A stretch of DNA of 64,000 nucleotides from Candidatus Poribacteria bacterium. GTDB taxonomy: Bacteria; Poribacteria; WGA-4E; WGA-3G. Position numbers and translations under genes: made by a program. The notes under the pieces are model-generated. The model made no database searches. It saw nothing but the letters and a program-made list of their open reading frames with translations, and was not told where the DNA came from. The stretch is from positions 2,272,001 through 2,336,000 of the forward strand of contig OZ244048.1 in the NCBI GenBank assembly GCA_965215265.1. Direction: 5' to 3'. Shown piece by piece: positions 1-8,351 of the stretch; the stretch's first letter is position 1; each line of letters starts with the position of its first letter.

Positions 1-909
1 TACGCGCCTGTCAATCCCGAGCCATCTGCGCTTGAGATTGTTCGCTGCGATGATCGTTGTAGCACAGCCACAGAACGGGTCTAAGACTAAATCGCCTTCG
101 TTGGACGAGGCTTTGATAATCCGTTCATAGAGTGCCAGCGGTTTTTGGTCGGGTGAACCTTTGCGTTCTGTAGCGGTCGGCGCAATAAAGTTTATGTCAC
201 TCCATACGTCGTGCATCAAAACGCCACCTTTCTGCTTTTCTCTTTTGATATAGTTGCCGTCATCAGCTCTCAGACGAACAAGTCTCCCATCAACCATGCC
301 GCGCACTGTATTTTCGATATATCTCTCATCTGAATATTCCTGCAGCGGTTTTGTGAAGGTATAACTATCTGTTTTTGTATAGTAAAGAATTATGTCATGC
401 ATTTTCTGGAATCTTTTGGAAGCAGCTGTCCATCTCCGATAGTGCCACACGATTTCGTTTCTAAAGTTTTTCTTCCCAAAGATAGCATCGAGACACATTT
501 TGATGTAGTGGCTTGCAGTGGTGTCACAGTGGAGGTATAGACTCCCGGTCGGCTTGAGTATCCGGTGCATTTCAATGAGTCGGACACTGAGGAAGCAGAG
601 GAACGCGGAGGTATCTTGTCCTTGGCACTGTTTCGCGGCATCTATTGCGTGGTATAAAGCCCTATGATTGTCTTGGATTTCTTCGAGCCATTTGGGATGG
701 ACTTCGTTCCATTTCCACTGGTCTGGCAATGTGCCGGTATCGCCCCATTTCCAGTTGTCTACATAGAACCCGGCTGTGCCGGCGCGGTTGCGTTTGATGT
801 TAAAAGGCGCGTCAGTGGCGATGAGGTCTACGGTGTCGCTGTTCATTCCGCGTAGCACAGGGAGGTTATCCATTTCGTATAAGGCGTTATCCGGATAGTT
901 TTGGTGCAT
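1..909 (-). CDS. Site-specific DNA methyltransferase (N6A/N4C, beta class), runs off the window start
   Basis: Manual translation from ATG 909: MHQNYPDNALYEMDNLPVLRGMNSDTVDLIATDAPFN...RILKPTGSLYLHCD...FRNEIVWHY...DVW...DQKPLALYERIIKASSNEGDLVLDPFCGCATT. Motif IV precedes motif I. Absent from the ORF track because no stop lies in the window. Confidence 0.9.
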   Translation of the reverse strand, partial: MHQNYPDNALYEMDNLPVLRGMNSDTVDLIATDAPFNIKRNRAGTAGFYVDNWKWGDTGTLPDQWKWNEVHPKWLEEIQDNHRALYHAIDAAKQCQGQDTSAFLCFLSVRLIEMHRILKPTGSLYLHCDTTASHYIKMCLDAIFGKKNFRNEIVWHYRRWTAASKRFQKMHDIILYYTKTDSYTFTKPLQEYSDERYIENTVRGMVDGRLVRLRADDGNYIKREKQKGGVLMHDVWSDINFIAPTATERKGSPDQKPLALYERIIKASSNEGDLVLDPFCGCATTIIAANNLKRRWLGIDRRV

Positions 910-1092
910 TGGAGTGCTCCTTTAAGAAAAAAGTCGGTTTCCGTCTCTTACTCTAAAAAAACATGAGATTTATATCAATAAAAAATATTGCGCGTGGTAT
1001 AGAAGAGCGCGGACGGAGGGGATGGGTTTGGCGCATCGTCTATGGCGGCGTAGTCACATAGGTGGGTAGGATTATACCACGTAAGGGATTCA

Positions 1093-1191
1093 GTTTCGAT
1101 TCCAAATTGGTGCGATTAAAACAACTGTTGTTTATTTCTTTATTGATTGTATTTCAGTATTGTCTTGATTCCAAATTGGGGCGATTAGAAG
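1093..1191 (-). CRISPR. Orphan mini-CRISPR: two 30-bp repeats and one 39-bp spacer
   Basis: GTTTCGATTCCAAATTGGTGCGATTAAAAC (1093-1122) and GTCTTGATTCCAAATTGGGGCGATTAGAAG (1162-1191), 5 mismatches. On the minus strand the better copy ends in GAAAC, as in type I-B/III repeats. No cas genes in the window. Confidence 0.7.
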
Positions 1192-1218
1192 TAAAACCTG
1201 CTTCGAAACCGAATTTAA

Positions 1219-1326
1219 ATGGGACCACATTTTGATGCGTCAGTCAAGAAAAAATATAAATTGTCTGCAGCATCAATCAATTCTATCCGTATATGATACC
1301 ATATTTTGATGCGTCAGTCAAGAAAA
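1219..1326 (-). promoter_or_regulatory. Duplicated sigma70-like promoter pointing into the mini-CRISPR
   Basis: 28-bp direct repeat at 1225-1252 and 1299-1326. Minus strand reads TTGACT-N17-TATCAT (1321-1293); the second copy has a degenerate -10 (TCCCAT). Confidence 0.55.
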
Positions 1327-1643
1327 GTGAATTCGCTGCGGCACCATCCATTTTCTGCCAAGACGCGAGGTTTGCAAAGTTTGCTGTTTCTCTTCGACGG
1401 TTTCTGACGGTTTCATACCTTCTACAATCATCACACCTCATTCTGTTTAGGAGTGCTGCATCTGAGAGACCTCCGCTGCTATTTTCGACAATATCTTAAT
1501 TACAAAGGAATACCGAAATTAGAAAACAGAAAAATCTTGCTTTTATTTGGCTAGTATGCTACTATTTTAAGAATGGATTGCAACAGCGTTGTCGCATCCA
1601 CGTAAAAAAAACAATTTCCATAATCTAAAAAGGAGAAATTAAA

Positions 1644-2399
1644 ATGAAAATCTTGACATTAATTGGCGGATTTTCGATACTGCTGATGATTGTTATTCTG
1701 GGTACGACAGCTGAGGAGCCGAGCTTAGTAGCATACTATCCGTTTGATGGAAATGAACAAGATGCATCTGGGAACGGCAACCAGGGTGAGATTAATGGGG
1801 GCTCTAAGTGGGTCAGAGGCAAATTTGGGGAAGCCATCCACCTGGAGCCAGCGGCCTTTATTGAGATGCAGGCAAACGATTCGCTACACGGGGACCTTTT
1901 CAAAGCGGATCCTTTTACAATTTCCGCATGGATCCAACCCAACTTTGAAGGTTCTACCTGGGAACATATCTGGCGCAGTTTGCCAAGCGATGCCGGACAC
2001 AATACTCTATTCCTCAACAAAGACCAAGGACTCATCTCTTGGAGGGGACAGGTTGGGGGATGGACAATCCTTTGTCAAACTGATCCCGGGATTATTGAAG
2101 CAGATGAATGGACACACGTGGTCGTCCTCGGTGACAGCGACAAATTTAAAATTTATGTCAACGGTGAGAAGGTCGGTGAAACTGATTTTCAGGAAACACG
2201 CGGCGGCAACGTGACTTACCGGCTCGGCGGTTCTGGCGGTGAGACTTTTGCCGGTGCAATCGACGAGGCTGCAATCTTCTCGCGCGCATTGGACGAAAAT
2301 GAAATCAACCTTTTAAATAATGGCATAGAGGTTTTTCTGCCAGTTGAACCACATCAAAAACTCGCAACCAAATGGGGACACCTAAAACAATTAAATTAG
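1644..2399 (+). CDS. Secreted LamG/concanavalin-like domain protein with C-terminal VEPxxKLATKWGxLK motif
   Basis: Signal peptide; LVAYYPFDGN..DASGNG, FTISAWI, WTHVV, YVNG, IDEAAIFSRAL motifs; SD AAGGAG. Confidence 0.9.
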   Translation: MKILTLIGGFSILLMIVILGTTAEEPSLVAYYPFDGNEQDASGNGNQGEINGGSKWVRGKFGEAIHLEPAAFIEMQANDSLHGDLFKADPFTISAWIQPNFEGSTWEHIWRSLPSDAGHNTLFLNKDQGLISWRGQVGGWTILCQTDPGIIEADEWTHVVVLGDSDKFKIYVNGEKVGETDFQETRGGNVTYRLGGSGGETFAGAIDEAAIFSRALDENEINLLNNGIEVFLPVEPHQKLATKWGHLKQLN

Positions 2400-2924
2400 G
2401 AGATACCGGAACTTAAAAAAACAACGTGCGGCTGCATTACTACAACCGGAGGTGCTAATAATACAGAGATTCAATCTGTTTAGTTATCCACTGCAGCTGT
2501 GCACACAACCCTGCATTCAAATCCGCTAAACCGTCACCTTTTGCACATGCGAAACTTCGCACCCCTCCGGATAGACATGAATCAGTAAGAGAACATAACG
2601 AATGAAGAAGTAGTCGTGATGCCGGTACGGTTTAAGGCAGCGCCATGCCCATAGCGGATGAGCAGTCCCTTGCCTCCAGCATCAGGTACATCAAGGGCGG
2701 AGGATGCGTTGCCGACGATACACTGCTTTGTATGCGCGTGCCAAATACACAACCGGTGCATACAAAAAGGAGAGCTCAAGCTGGCAGTAGTGCAATAGCC
2801 GTCTCGATTTTCACTTCATTGGACGAGCCAAACCGTGTTGCACTGCATAGCCTGGGCACGGAGCTGGTGTGCTATAGACTCGGGGCCACGCATAATTCGC
2901 ATGCGGAACGTATAGAACTCCTCT

Positions 2925-3347
2925 TCACTGCTCAGGACTGAGCCACAGGTGTTGTTGAAGTTTGAGCGTCGTCTGTTGCCCTGCGGTTTCGAGCGTCATC
3001 TGTTTGTTTTGAATGTCAACGACTTTTGCACCGTCGAGCTCATCTCCAACCTTTACGGTTATGATGTCGCCGGTGCCTATCTGTATCCACGCCGTGCCAC
3101 CGGCTGAAGCCGAGTCAGCCGTGACCGTGGCGATGAGCCGCACGCGCAACCGGTTTTTGACCGGGAGACTCCCGAGCGGCTAGAACAGATTGTTTTCTAC
3201 CAGTGTGCGGTAAAAGTCAGATTGCTGGAACTCCTGCAGCGTCTCGGTGCGAGGGTATGACACCGGGCGAGTTGGACGCTTCGCAGGCGGCGGTTGCTGC
3301 TCGGTAGGCGGTGTAGGGGGAAGTGAGGATAGGTGCAAACTTGTCAC
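2925..3347 (-). pseudogene. Degraded lineage-specific (GspC/PilP-like C-terminal) protein gene with an in-frame TAG
   Basis: Frame reads ...PPTPPTEQQPPP...DFYRTLVENNLF*PLG...RLIATV...AWIQ...VKVGDELDGAKVVDIQNKQMTLE. TAG at 3182-3180; N-terminus is out of frame. Confidence 0.55.
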
Positions 3348-3511
3348 GTATCAAAATTGGTTACTGGAGGAACTATAGCTGTTAGGGAGAGGGCACGGTC
3401 ATGACGTTTACAGATGAAAAATGGTATGCAGCTGGCCCTCACAACGTGATTTTATAACCGACAAAACTGGCGTTGACAGCATATTTTCTCCTGTCTGCCT
3501 TTTGTGGGCAG

Positions 3512-4588
3512 CTAAGTGCTTGCCAAGCATCCGCAATACGCACAAGTCGTGAGGTTGTTCTTGAAAGTCTCGTGCTCCGGTTGTAAATAGGTTTCGTAGT
3601 TCGTCACACAGTTGGGATTTGGGCAAGGCTTGTCCGCGGGAACAAGTTCTCGCTGTGGTGGCTGTGTCAAGATGAGCTGCTCTAATCCGAGGAGACTTGA
3701 GATGAGTGCCATGCGGATTGGCACTGCATTCGCCGATTGTTCAAAGTATGCTGCGCGCGGGTCATCGTCCAATTCGTAAGAAAGTTCATTGACGCGAGGC
3801 AGCGGGTGCATAATCATCGCGTCCGGTTTCGCGTGTTTCATCACCGCTGCGTTCAGTAGATAACTACCGCGGACCTCCTCTACATCCACGTTCGGTGGGA
3901 GGCGCTCTTCCTGAAGTCTATTGACGTAGATGACATCTAATGAATCAATAATCTGTCGAATCTGTTCCACCTCTATTGGCTGCTGCGCGTGGCAGTTGGC
4001 CAATCGTTCCAATACCCATGTTGGCATTTGCAGTCCACTCGGTCCAATGTGAACCAACTTTCCGCCAAATCTTGCGACGGCGAGTGCAAACGAATGCGCG
4101 GCTCTCCCGTAGCGCAGATCTCCACAGATACCTACTGTCAGTCCGTCAATCTTCTGTTTTCGCCGGATGATGGTATAGAGGTCGGTGAGTGCCTGGGTGG
4201 GATGCGCGTGGCTCCCATCTCCACCGTTGATGATAGGTATTTTTGCATAACGTGCCATGACACGTGCTGCGCCTGCCCAATTGTGCCTAACGACAATCAG
4301 GTCTGCGTAGTTCGTTACCATTCGTGCCGTATCGGCGAGCGTCTCGCCTTTCGTTGCAGAGGTACCGCTCGGATCTGCGAAGCCGAGCGTCCCGCCGTTG
4401 AGACGTTCCATAGCGCTTTCAAAGGAGAGCCGGGTGCGGGTACTCGGTTCATAGAACAAGGTCGCCAGCAATTTGCTCCGGCAGATGCCTGCCCACGTCT
4501 CTAGTTGCGCCTGCATTCCTGCAGCCAACCGAAACAACTGTTCAATCTCAAAATTTGATACATCATCAAGGGTTATCAAATGTCTCAT
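3512..4588 (-). CDS. pyrB: Aspartate carbamoyltransferase catalytic subunit with C-terminal PyrI-like Zn-binding domain
   Basis: FYEPSTRTRLSFE, HPTQALTDL, GDLRYGR, MHPLPRVNE; tail CPNPNC...CAYC. Confidence 0.95.
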   Translation of the reverse strand: MRHLITLDDVSNFEIEQLFRLAAGMQAQLETWAGICRSKLLATLFYEPSTRTRLSFESAMERLNGGTLGFADPSGTSATKGETLADTARMVTNYADLIVVRHNWAGAARVMARYAKIPIINGGDGSHAHPTQALTDLYTIIRRKQKIDGLTVGICGDLRYGRAAHSFALAVARFGGKLVHIGPSGLQMPTWVLERLANCHAQQPIEVEQIRQIIDSLDVIYVNRLQEERLPPNVDVEEVRGSYLLNAAVMKHAKPDAMIMHPLPRVNELSYELDDDPRAAYFEQSANAVPIRMALISSLLGLEQLILTQPPQRELVPADKPCPNPNCVTNYETYLQPEHETFKNNLTTCAYCGCLAST

Positions 4589-4597
4589 TCAATGTTC

Positions 4598-4762
4598 CTA
4601 TTTGCTGAGGTTCGGCATGAAATTTTTTAGGCAGTGTGAACGAACAGCAGCGATGTGCAACTGTTCAAGGTCTTGGATATCGTCAATCTTCTCAAGTATC
4701 GGCTGCTGGGTTTCAAGATTTTCGATTCTGACGTGAAATAGTGTTAACTTTTTTACTGTCAT
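4598..4762 (-). CDS. Small 54-aa protein resembling the C-terminal helical domain of Rpn-family proteins
   Basis: MTVKKLTLFHVRIENLETQQPILEKIDDIQDLEQLHIAAVRSHCLKNFMPNLSK; fills the pyrD-pyrB gap, with its ATG 1 nt after the pyrD stop. Confidence 0.4.
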   Translation of the reverse strand: MTVKKLTLFHVRIENLETQQPILEKIDDIQDLEQLHIAAVRSHCLKNFMPNLSK

Positions 4763-4763
4763 T

Positions 4764-5693
4764 TTAGGATGCCAGTTTCAAGCTGCCTATTAATTCTTTA
4801 AGCGATGCCATCCGAGCATTTTGAAGATAAGCCGGGATGCCAGTGACAATTTCCATAGCTGCCCTGGGATTCACGAAATTGGCTGTTCCGACAGCGACTG
4901 CGGAGGCACCGGCGATGAAAAATTCCACGGCATCGGTCGTGTTCATAATGCCGCCCATCCCGACGATCGGAATTGTGACGTGCTTGTAAACTTCCCACAC
5001 CAATCGCAATGCGACCGGCTTTATGGCGGGGCCGGAGAGCCCACCTGTCACGTTTGCGAGCTGCGGCGTGCGTGTCTCTGCATCAATTGCCATACCGAGG
5101 AGAGTATTAATCGCTGAAAGCGCGTCTGCCCCGGCATCTTCAGCCGCCTTTGCGATAACAGTAATATCGGTTACATTCGGTGACAACTTGACTAGTAACG
5201 GCAGCCGCGTCTCTGCACGAACCGCGCTGATAAGTTGATGTGCCAGTTCAGCATCCACGCCAAAACTCATCCCGCCACAATCGAGATTTGGGCAAGAGAT
5301 ATTCAGTTCTACTCCGGCAATACCGACTGCACGATTAAGTTTTTCTATCACCGTCAGATATTCAGCCACGGTTTTGCCGCAGACGTTCACAATCACGGGA
5401 ACATCAAAATCGCGGAGGTAGGGCAGCTTCTCGGAAATAAATCCATCTACACCGACATTTTGGAGCCCGATAGCGTTTAGCATGCCGGAAGAAGTTTCCA
5501 TAATCCGCTGCATCGGATTGCCCGGCCACGGTGTGCTTGTAATCCCTTTAACAACGATGGCACCGAGTTGATTTAGATCCACGAAGTCGGCGTATTCACT
5601 GCCATAACCGAACGTCCCGGATGCCGTCATCACAGGGTTCCGCATGTGAATACCGCCGATATTCACCTTGAGTGACGGAGCATTGCTGTCCAT
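4764..5693 (-). CDS. pyrD: Dihydroorotate dehydrogenase B, catalytic subunit
   Basis: NPVMTASGTFGYG, GMLNAIGLQN, ELNISCPN, VKLSPNVTDI, GGLSGPAIKP. Start placed at MDSNAP, just downstream of TTGACA-N17-TATTAT. Confidence 0.95.
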   Translation of the reverse strand: MDSNAPSLKVNIGGIHMRNPVMTASGTFGYGSEYADFVDLNQLGAIVVKGITSTPWPGNPMQRIMETSSGMLNAIGLQNVGVDGFISEKLPYLRDFDVPVIVNVCGKTVAEYLTVIEKLNRAVGIAGVELNISCPNLDCGGMSFGVDAELAHQLISAVRAETRLPLLVKLSPNVTDITVIAKAAEDAGADALSAINTLLGMAIDAETRTPQLANVTGGLSGPAIKPVALRLVWEVYKHVTIPIVGMGGIMNTTDAVEFFIAGASAVAVGTANFVNPRAAMEIVTGIPAYLQNARMASLKELIGSLKLAS

Positions 5694-5953
5694 ACCTAAA
5701 ATAATACCTGATCTGTCTGGGAATGTCAAGAAAAAGGTTAAAGTACAAGCAATAGCGATCCGGCGCTTACTCCGACAGCCAGTCTCCACTCTTCAATCCG
5801 TCTTGCACAAGAAGATAAATCCAACCTGTCCACTCGGTGACAACCCAATAGAGTGTTCTCATACCGTGGCGTATAGATTCCCGCAACTCTCTGTCTCATA
5901 TCCTTTGATGGTATCCTCTTTCTTCACCTTGCTATATTCCACATATTTTTAAT

Positions 5954-6102
5954 TTGACAAACACTTCTTCGTAGGGTATAATTTAAATGAAATAACCTTT
6001 TGTGAAGAGAGCAAAAGTGTTCTTTAAAAGTGAAAGAATGAACGGACGTGTCCGTTGGCAGTTTGTGAATGCACTTGATTTTTTGGAAAGTGACTCACAA
6101 AC
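5954..6102 (+). promoter_or_regulatory. rrn-type promoter + boxA + leader (diverged copy A)
   Basis: TTGACA(5954)-N17-TATAAT(5977), AATAACCTTT, TGTTCTTTAAAA (6018-6029), TGAACGGACGTG, TTGTGAATGCACTT; collinear with 28188-28330. Confidence 0.7.
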
Positions 6103-6248
6103 ACGATTTCCTTTTCTTGAACACCTGTGTGCACGTCTTACGAATTGGCAAAAAAGGTTGAAAACGTAGTCTGTTAGGAAACTTAGTCCGAACTATAAAG
6201 TAAAGTTTATACCCTAACGGGATAAAGAATAACAAGGAGTTAGATAAT

Positions 6249-8129
6249 ATGAAGAGAAGAATGCACCCCCCCCTATATATATTAAGTATTTTAGTTTTAT
6301 TATTCATTGCTGTGCTCTGCATGCCGTCCCACGTACAGGCAGCAGCAGCAGATCAGGATCGCCCGACAATAGCAGCAGATGGATATGAGATAGTTGAGAA
6401 CCCCACTAACCCCGCGGGGCATGCTCTTTATACGCATGTTCGCCAAGGGGCTTTTGAAGCTATGCCAATAGGTTGGGGAGATGTAAGGGCTACCCTCTTG
6501 CCAGGTCGTTGGGGACTCGCTGAGAACAGAGAGCGGGCACAGGCCACATTGGCAGGGCTTGTAAATGCGGAGACCGGTTATACTACTGCTAACGAGGTAG
6601 CTTGGGATGACGCTAGAATGGCTCGACAGTACGGGCCAGGTGATACGATTAAAATTCGCGTGAAGTTCACCAGACCGGTGATAATCCGTCAGGACACGAA
6701 ATTAAACCTAAAGGTGGACCGTGATGTATACATGGACATAGACACAGCGGTGCATGATGAATCCACAGTCGCTCTCGCTTCTGATCCTAACAATCTGGGA
6801 GCTGTATTTATACGGAGCGTCAATGAAAGCGGTAATATTGTTACTGGCAATGCAGCGGATAACGTTTATGTCACCTTTGAATACACGGTACAAGAGGGTG
6901 ACATCAGGGTACAAGGTATAGAGATGTTTGCCTGGGATCGCCCTTTTTTTCGCGACGATGATGGAGATGGTATGTACCATCGTCAAAATGAGAAGCAGAG
7001 CGATACTTTCAATTTGATTCATTCGGCAGCAAATAACGACCATATCTATGTGGGTTTGAACCAGGACCTCGTAAGGGGCACAAAAGCTACCGGTGTTCCC
7101 GATACCGGTACCGCCCCCAATGGAAACTATTTCGGTGCTTTCGTGTGGCCTACCTCTCCTGAGGTTGGCACTGGATTTACCTACTTGGGTCACTCGCTTC
7201 CGAATGGACGCCTTGATCCAGCTGAGACGGATCCTAATCTTTATGCGGTAGATACGTTGCGAGCCGACACGGTCGTCACCCACATCGTTGACGGCATCGG
7301 TGCAAGATACGCACCGCTCAGCACAGCTCATCCAACAATTGGCGATCCCGTAGCGGAGCAAACCGGTGCGTTTGATATAGAAATCAAGTTTGCTAATTAT
7401 CATACGGCAGAAATCTATGCGGAACAACCACGGAGCAATACCTTTGGTGCGGCTGAGATTCTTCTCGACGGTGAAGGCGTGGAACGCGCCGATTGGACGA
7501 TCACCGATGCGGCATTTTATGGCTTGGATGCTGTTGACCCCGGTACTTATAACGCTGAGACTCAAGAGATCCAGGAGAGTGATGATCCTTTTGACGGTGA
7601 GATAAAACACAGTACGCACTATGCTGTCTATCGTGCGACGATTACCCCGCCTGATAATTTTGATGGGGATGTAGCGATATCGATTGCTGAAAACGCTATT
7701 ACAGATCTTGCCGGTAACACGAGCAAGGCATCCGGGAATACGCTGACGGTGCCTGTAAATACAGTCGTCGAGGTGAACATTCCGGATGAGACGCTCCGTG
7801 CGGAAATAGAGGAGACACTCAGCATCGCCGCGGGGACGGCTGTGACCTCGGTAGATATGCTAGGCTTGACAAGCCTAGATTTAGGTGGCTCAGACATTAG
7901 CGATCTGACTGGACTTGAATACGCCACCAACTTGGAAGAGTTGGATCTCAGTGATACACAAGTAGAGGATATTTCAGCCCTAGCAAGCCTCACGAGTTTG
8001 CTAGAGCTGTCTCTCTCGGGAACGCCAATAGAGGATGAGGATATCTCGCATCTGTCAGGCCTTATCAACTTGAAAGTGCTGGATCTCAGTGATACGGAAG
8101 TGTCGGATATCACGCCGCTGTCACAATAA
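6249..8129 (+). CDS. Secreted protein with Ig-like regions and internalin-type LRRs; apparently truncated by an internal deletion
   Basis: Signal peptide; YGPGDTIKIRVKF; ITDLAGN; IPDETLRAEIEETL; LTSLDL..SDISDLTGLEYATNLEELDL repeats. Ends mid-LRR; a QRWATLK motif follows out of frame at about 8133-8175. Confidence 0.8.
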   Translation: MKRRMHPPLYILSILVLLFIAVLCMPSHVQAAAADQDRPTIAADGYEIVENPTNPAGHALYTHVRQGAFEAMPIGWGDVRATLLPGRWGLAENRERAQATLAGLVNAETGYTTANEVAWDDARMARQYGPGDTIKIRVKFTRPVIIRQDTKLNLKVDRDVYMDIDTAVHDESTVALASDPNNLGAVFIRSVNESGNIVTGNAADNVYVTFEYTVQEGDIRVQGIEMFAWDRPFFRDDDGDGMYHRQNEKQSDTFNLIHSAANNDHIYVGLNQDLVRGTKATGVPDTGTAPNGNYFGAFVWPTSPEVGTGFTYLGHSLPNGRLDPAETDPNLYAVDTLRADTVVTHIVDGIGARYAPLSTAHPTIGDPVAEQTGAFDIEIKFANYHTAEIYAEQPRSNTFGAAEILLDGEGVERADWTITDAAFYGLDAVDPGTYNAETQEIQESDDPFDGEIKHSTHYAVYRATITPPDNFDGDVAISIAENAITDLAGNTSKASGNTLTVPVNTVVEVNIPDETLRAEIEETLSIAAGTAVTSVDMLGLTSLDLGGSDISDLTGLEYATNLEELDLSDTQVEDISALASLTSLLELSLSGTPIEDEDISHLSGLINLKVLDLSDTEVSDITPLSQ

Positions 8130-8190
8130 TTAACAACGGTGGGCGACGCTTAAGGCACAAGAGTCACCTCAGTGAGATGTAAACTAACCT

Positions 8191-8236
8191 AACCAGGGGC
8201 AGCCACCCTCACATGGCTGCCCCTGGTTTTTTTTTT
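8191..8236 (+). terminator. Intrinsic terminator
   Basis: ACCAGGGGCAGCCA...TGGCTGCCCCTGGT followed by a T-run; related copies at 9932-9974 and 11235-11272. Confidence 0.85.
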
Positions 8237-8288
8237 GTTTTCAGAGAAGCACCGAGGCCGCCCTGCGAGGCAAAACGTGAAGGTTGCC

Positions 8289-8318
8289 TTGACAAAATAA
8301 TAGGGAGGCTGCTATACT
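8289..8318 (+). promoter_or_regulatory. sigma70 promoter of Rpn-like gene 1
   Basis: TTGACA-N18-TATACT; identical copy at 10027-10056. Confidence 0.75.
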
Positions 8319-8351
8319 TTATTATGAGAAGTGAAGCGCCTAAGCAGATAG

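Noticed and set aside
974-987. ATCAATAAAAAATA resembles part of the mini-CRISPR spacer (self-target in the methylase promoter region)
   Set aside because: Only 14 nt, low-complexity and gapped; likely chance.
1229-1258. Possible third CRISPR repeat 37 nt after repeat 2
   Set aside because: Only the first 8 nt are similar; better explained as the duplicated promoter.
6708-7619. 303-aa antisense ORF
   Set aside because: Lies opposite a well-supported gene and has no recognisable motifs.
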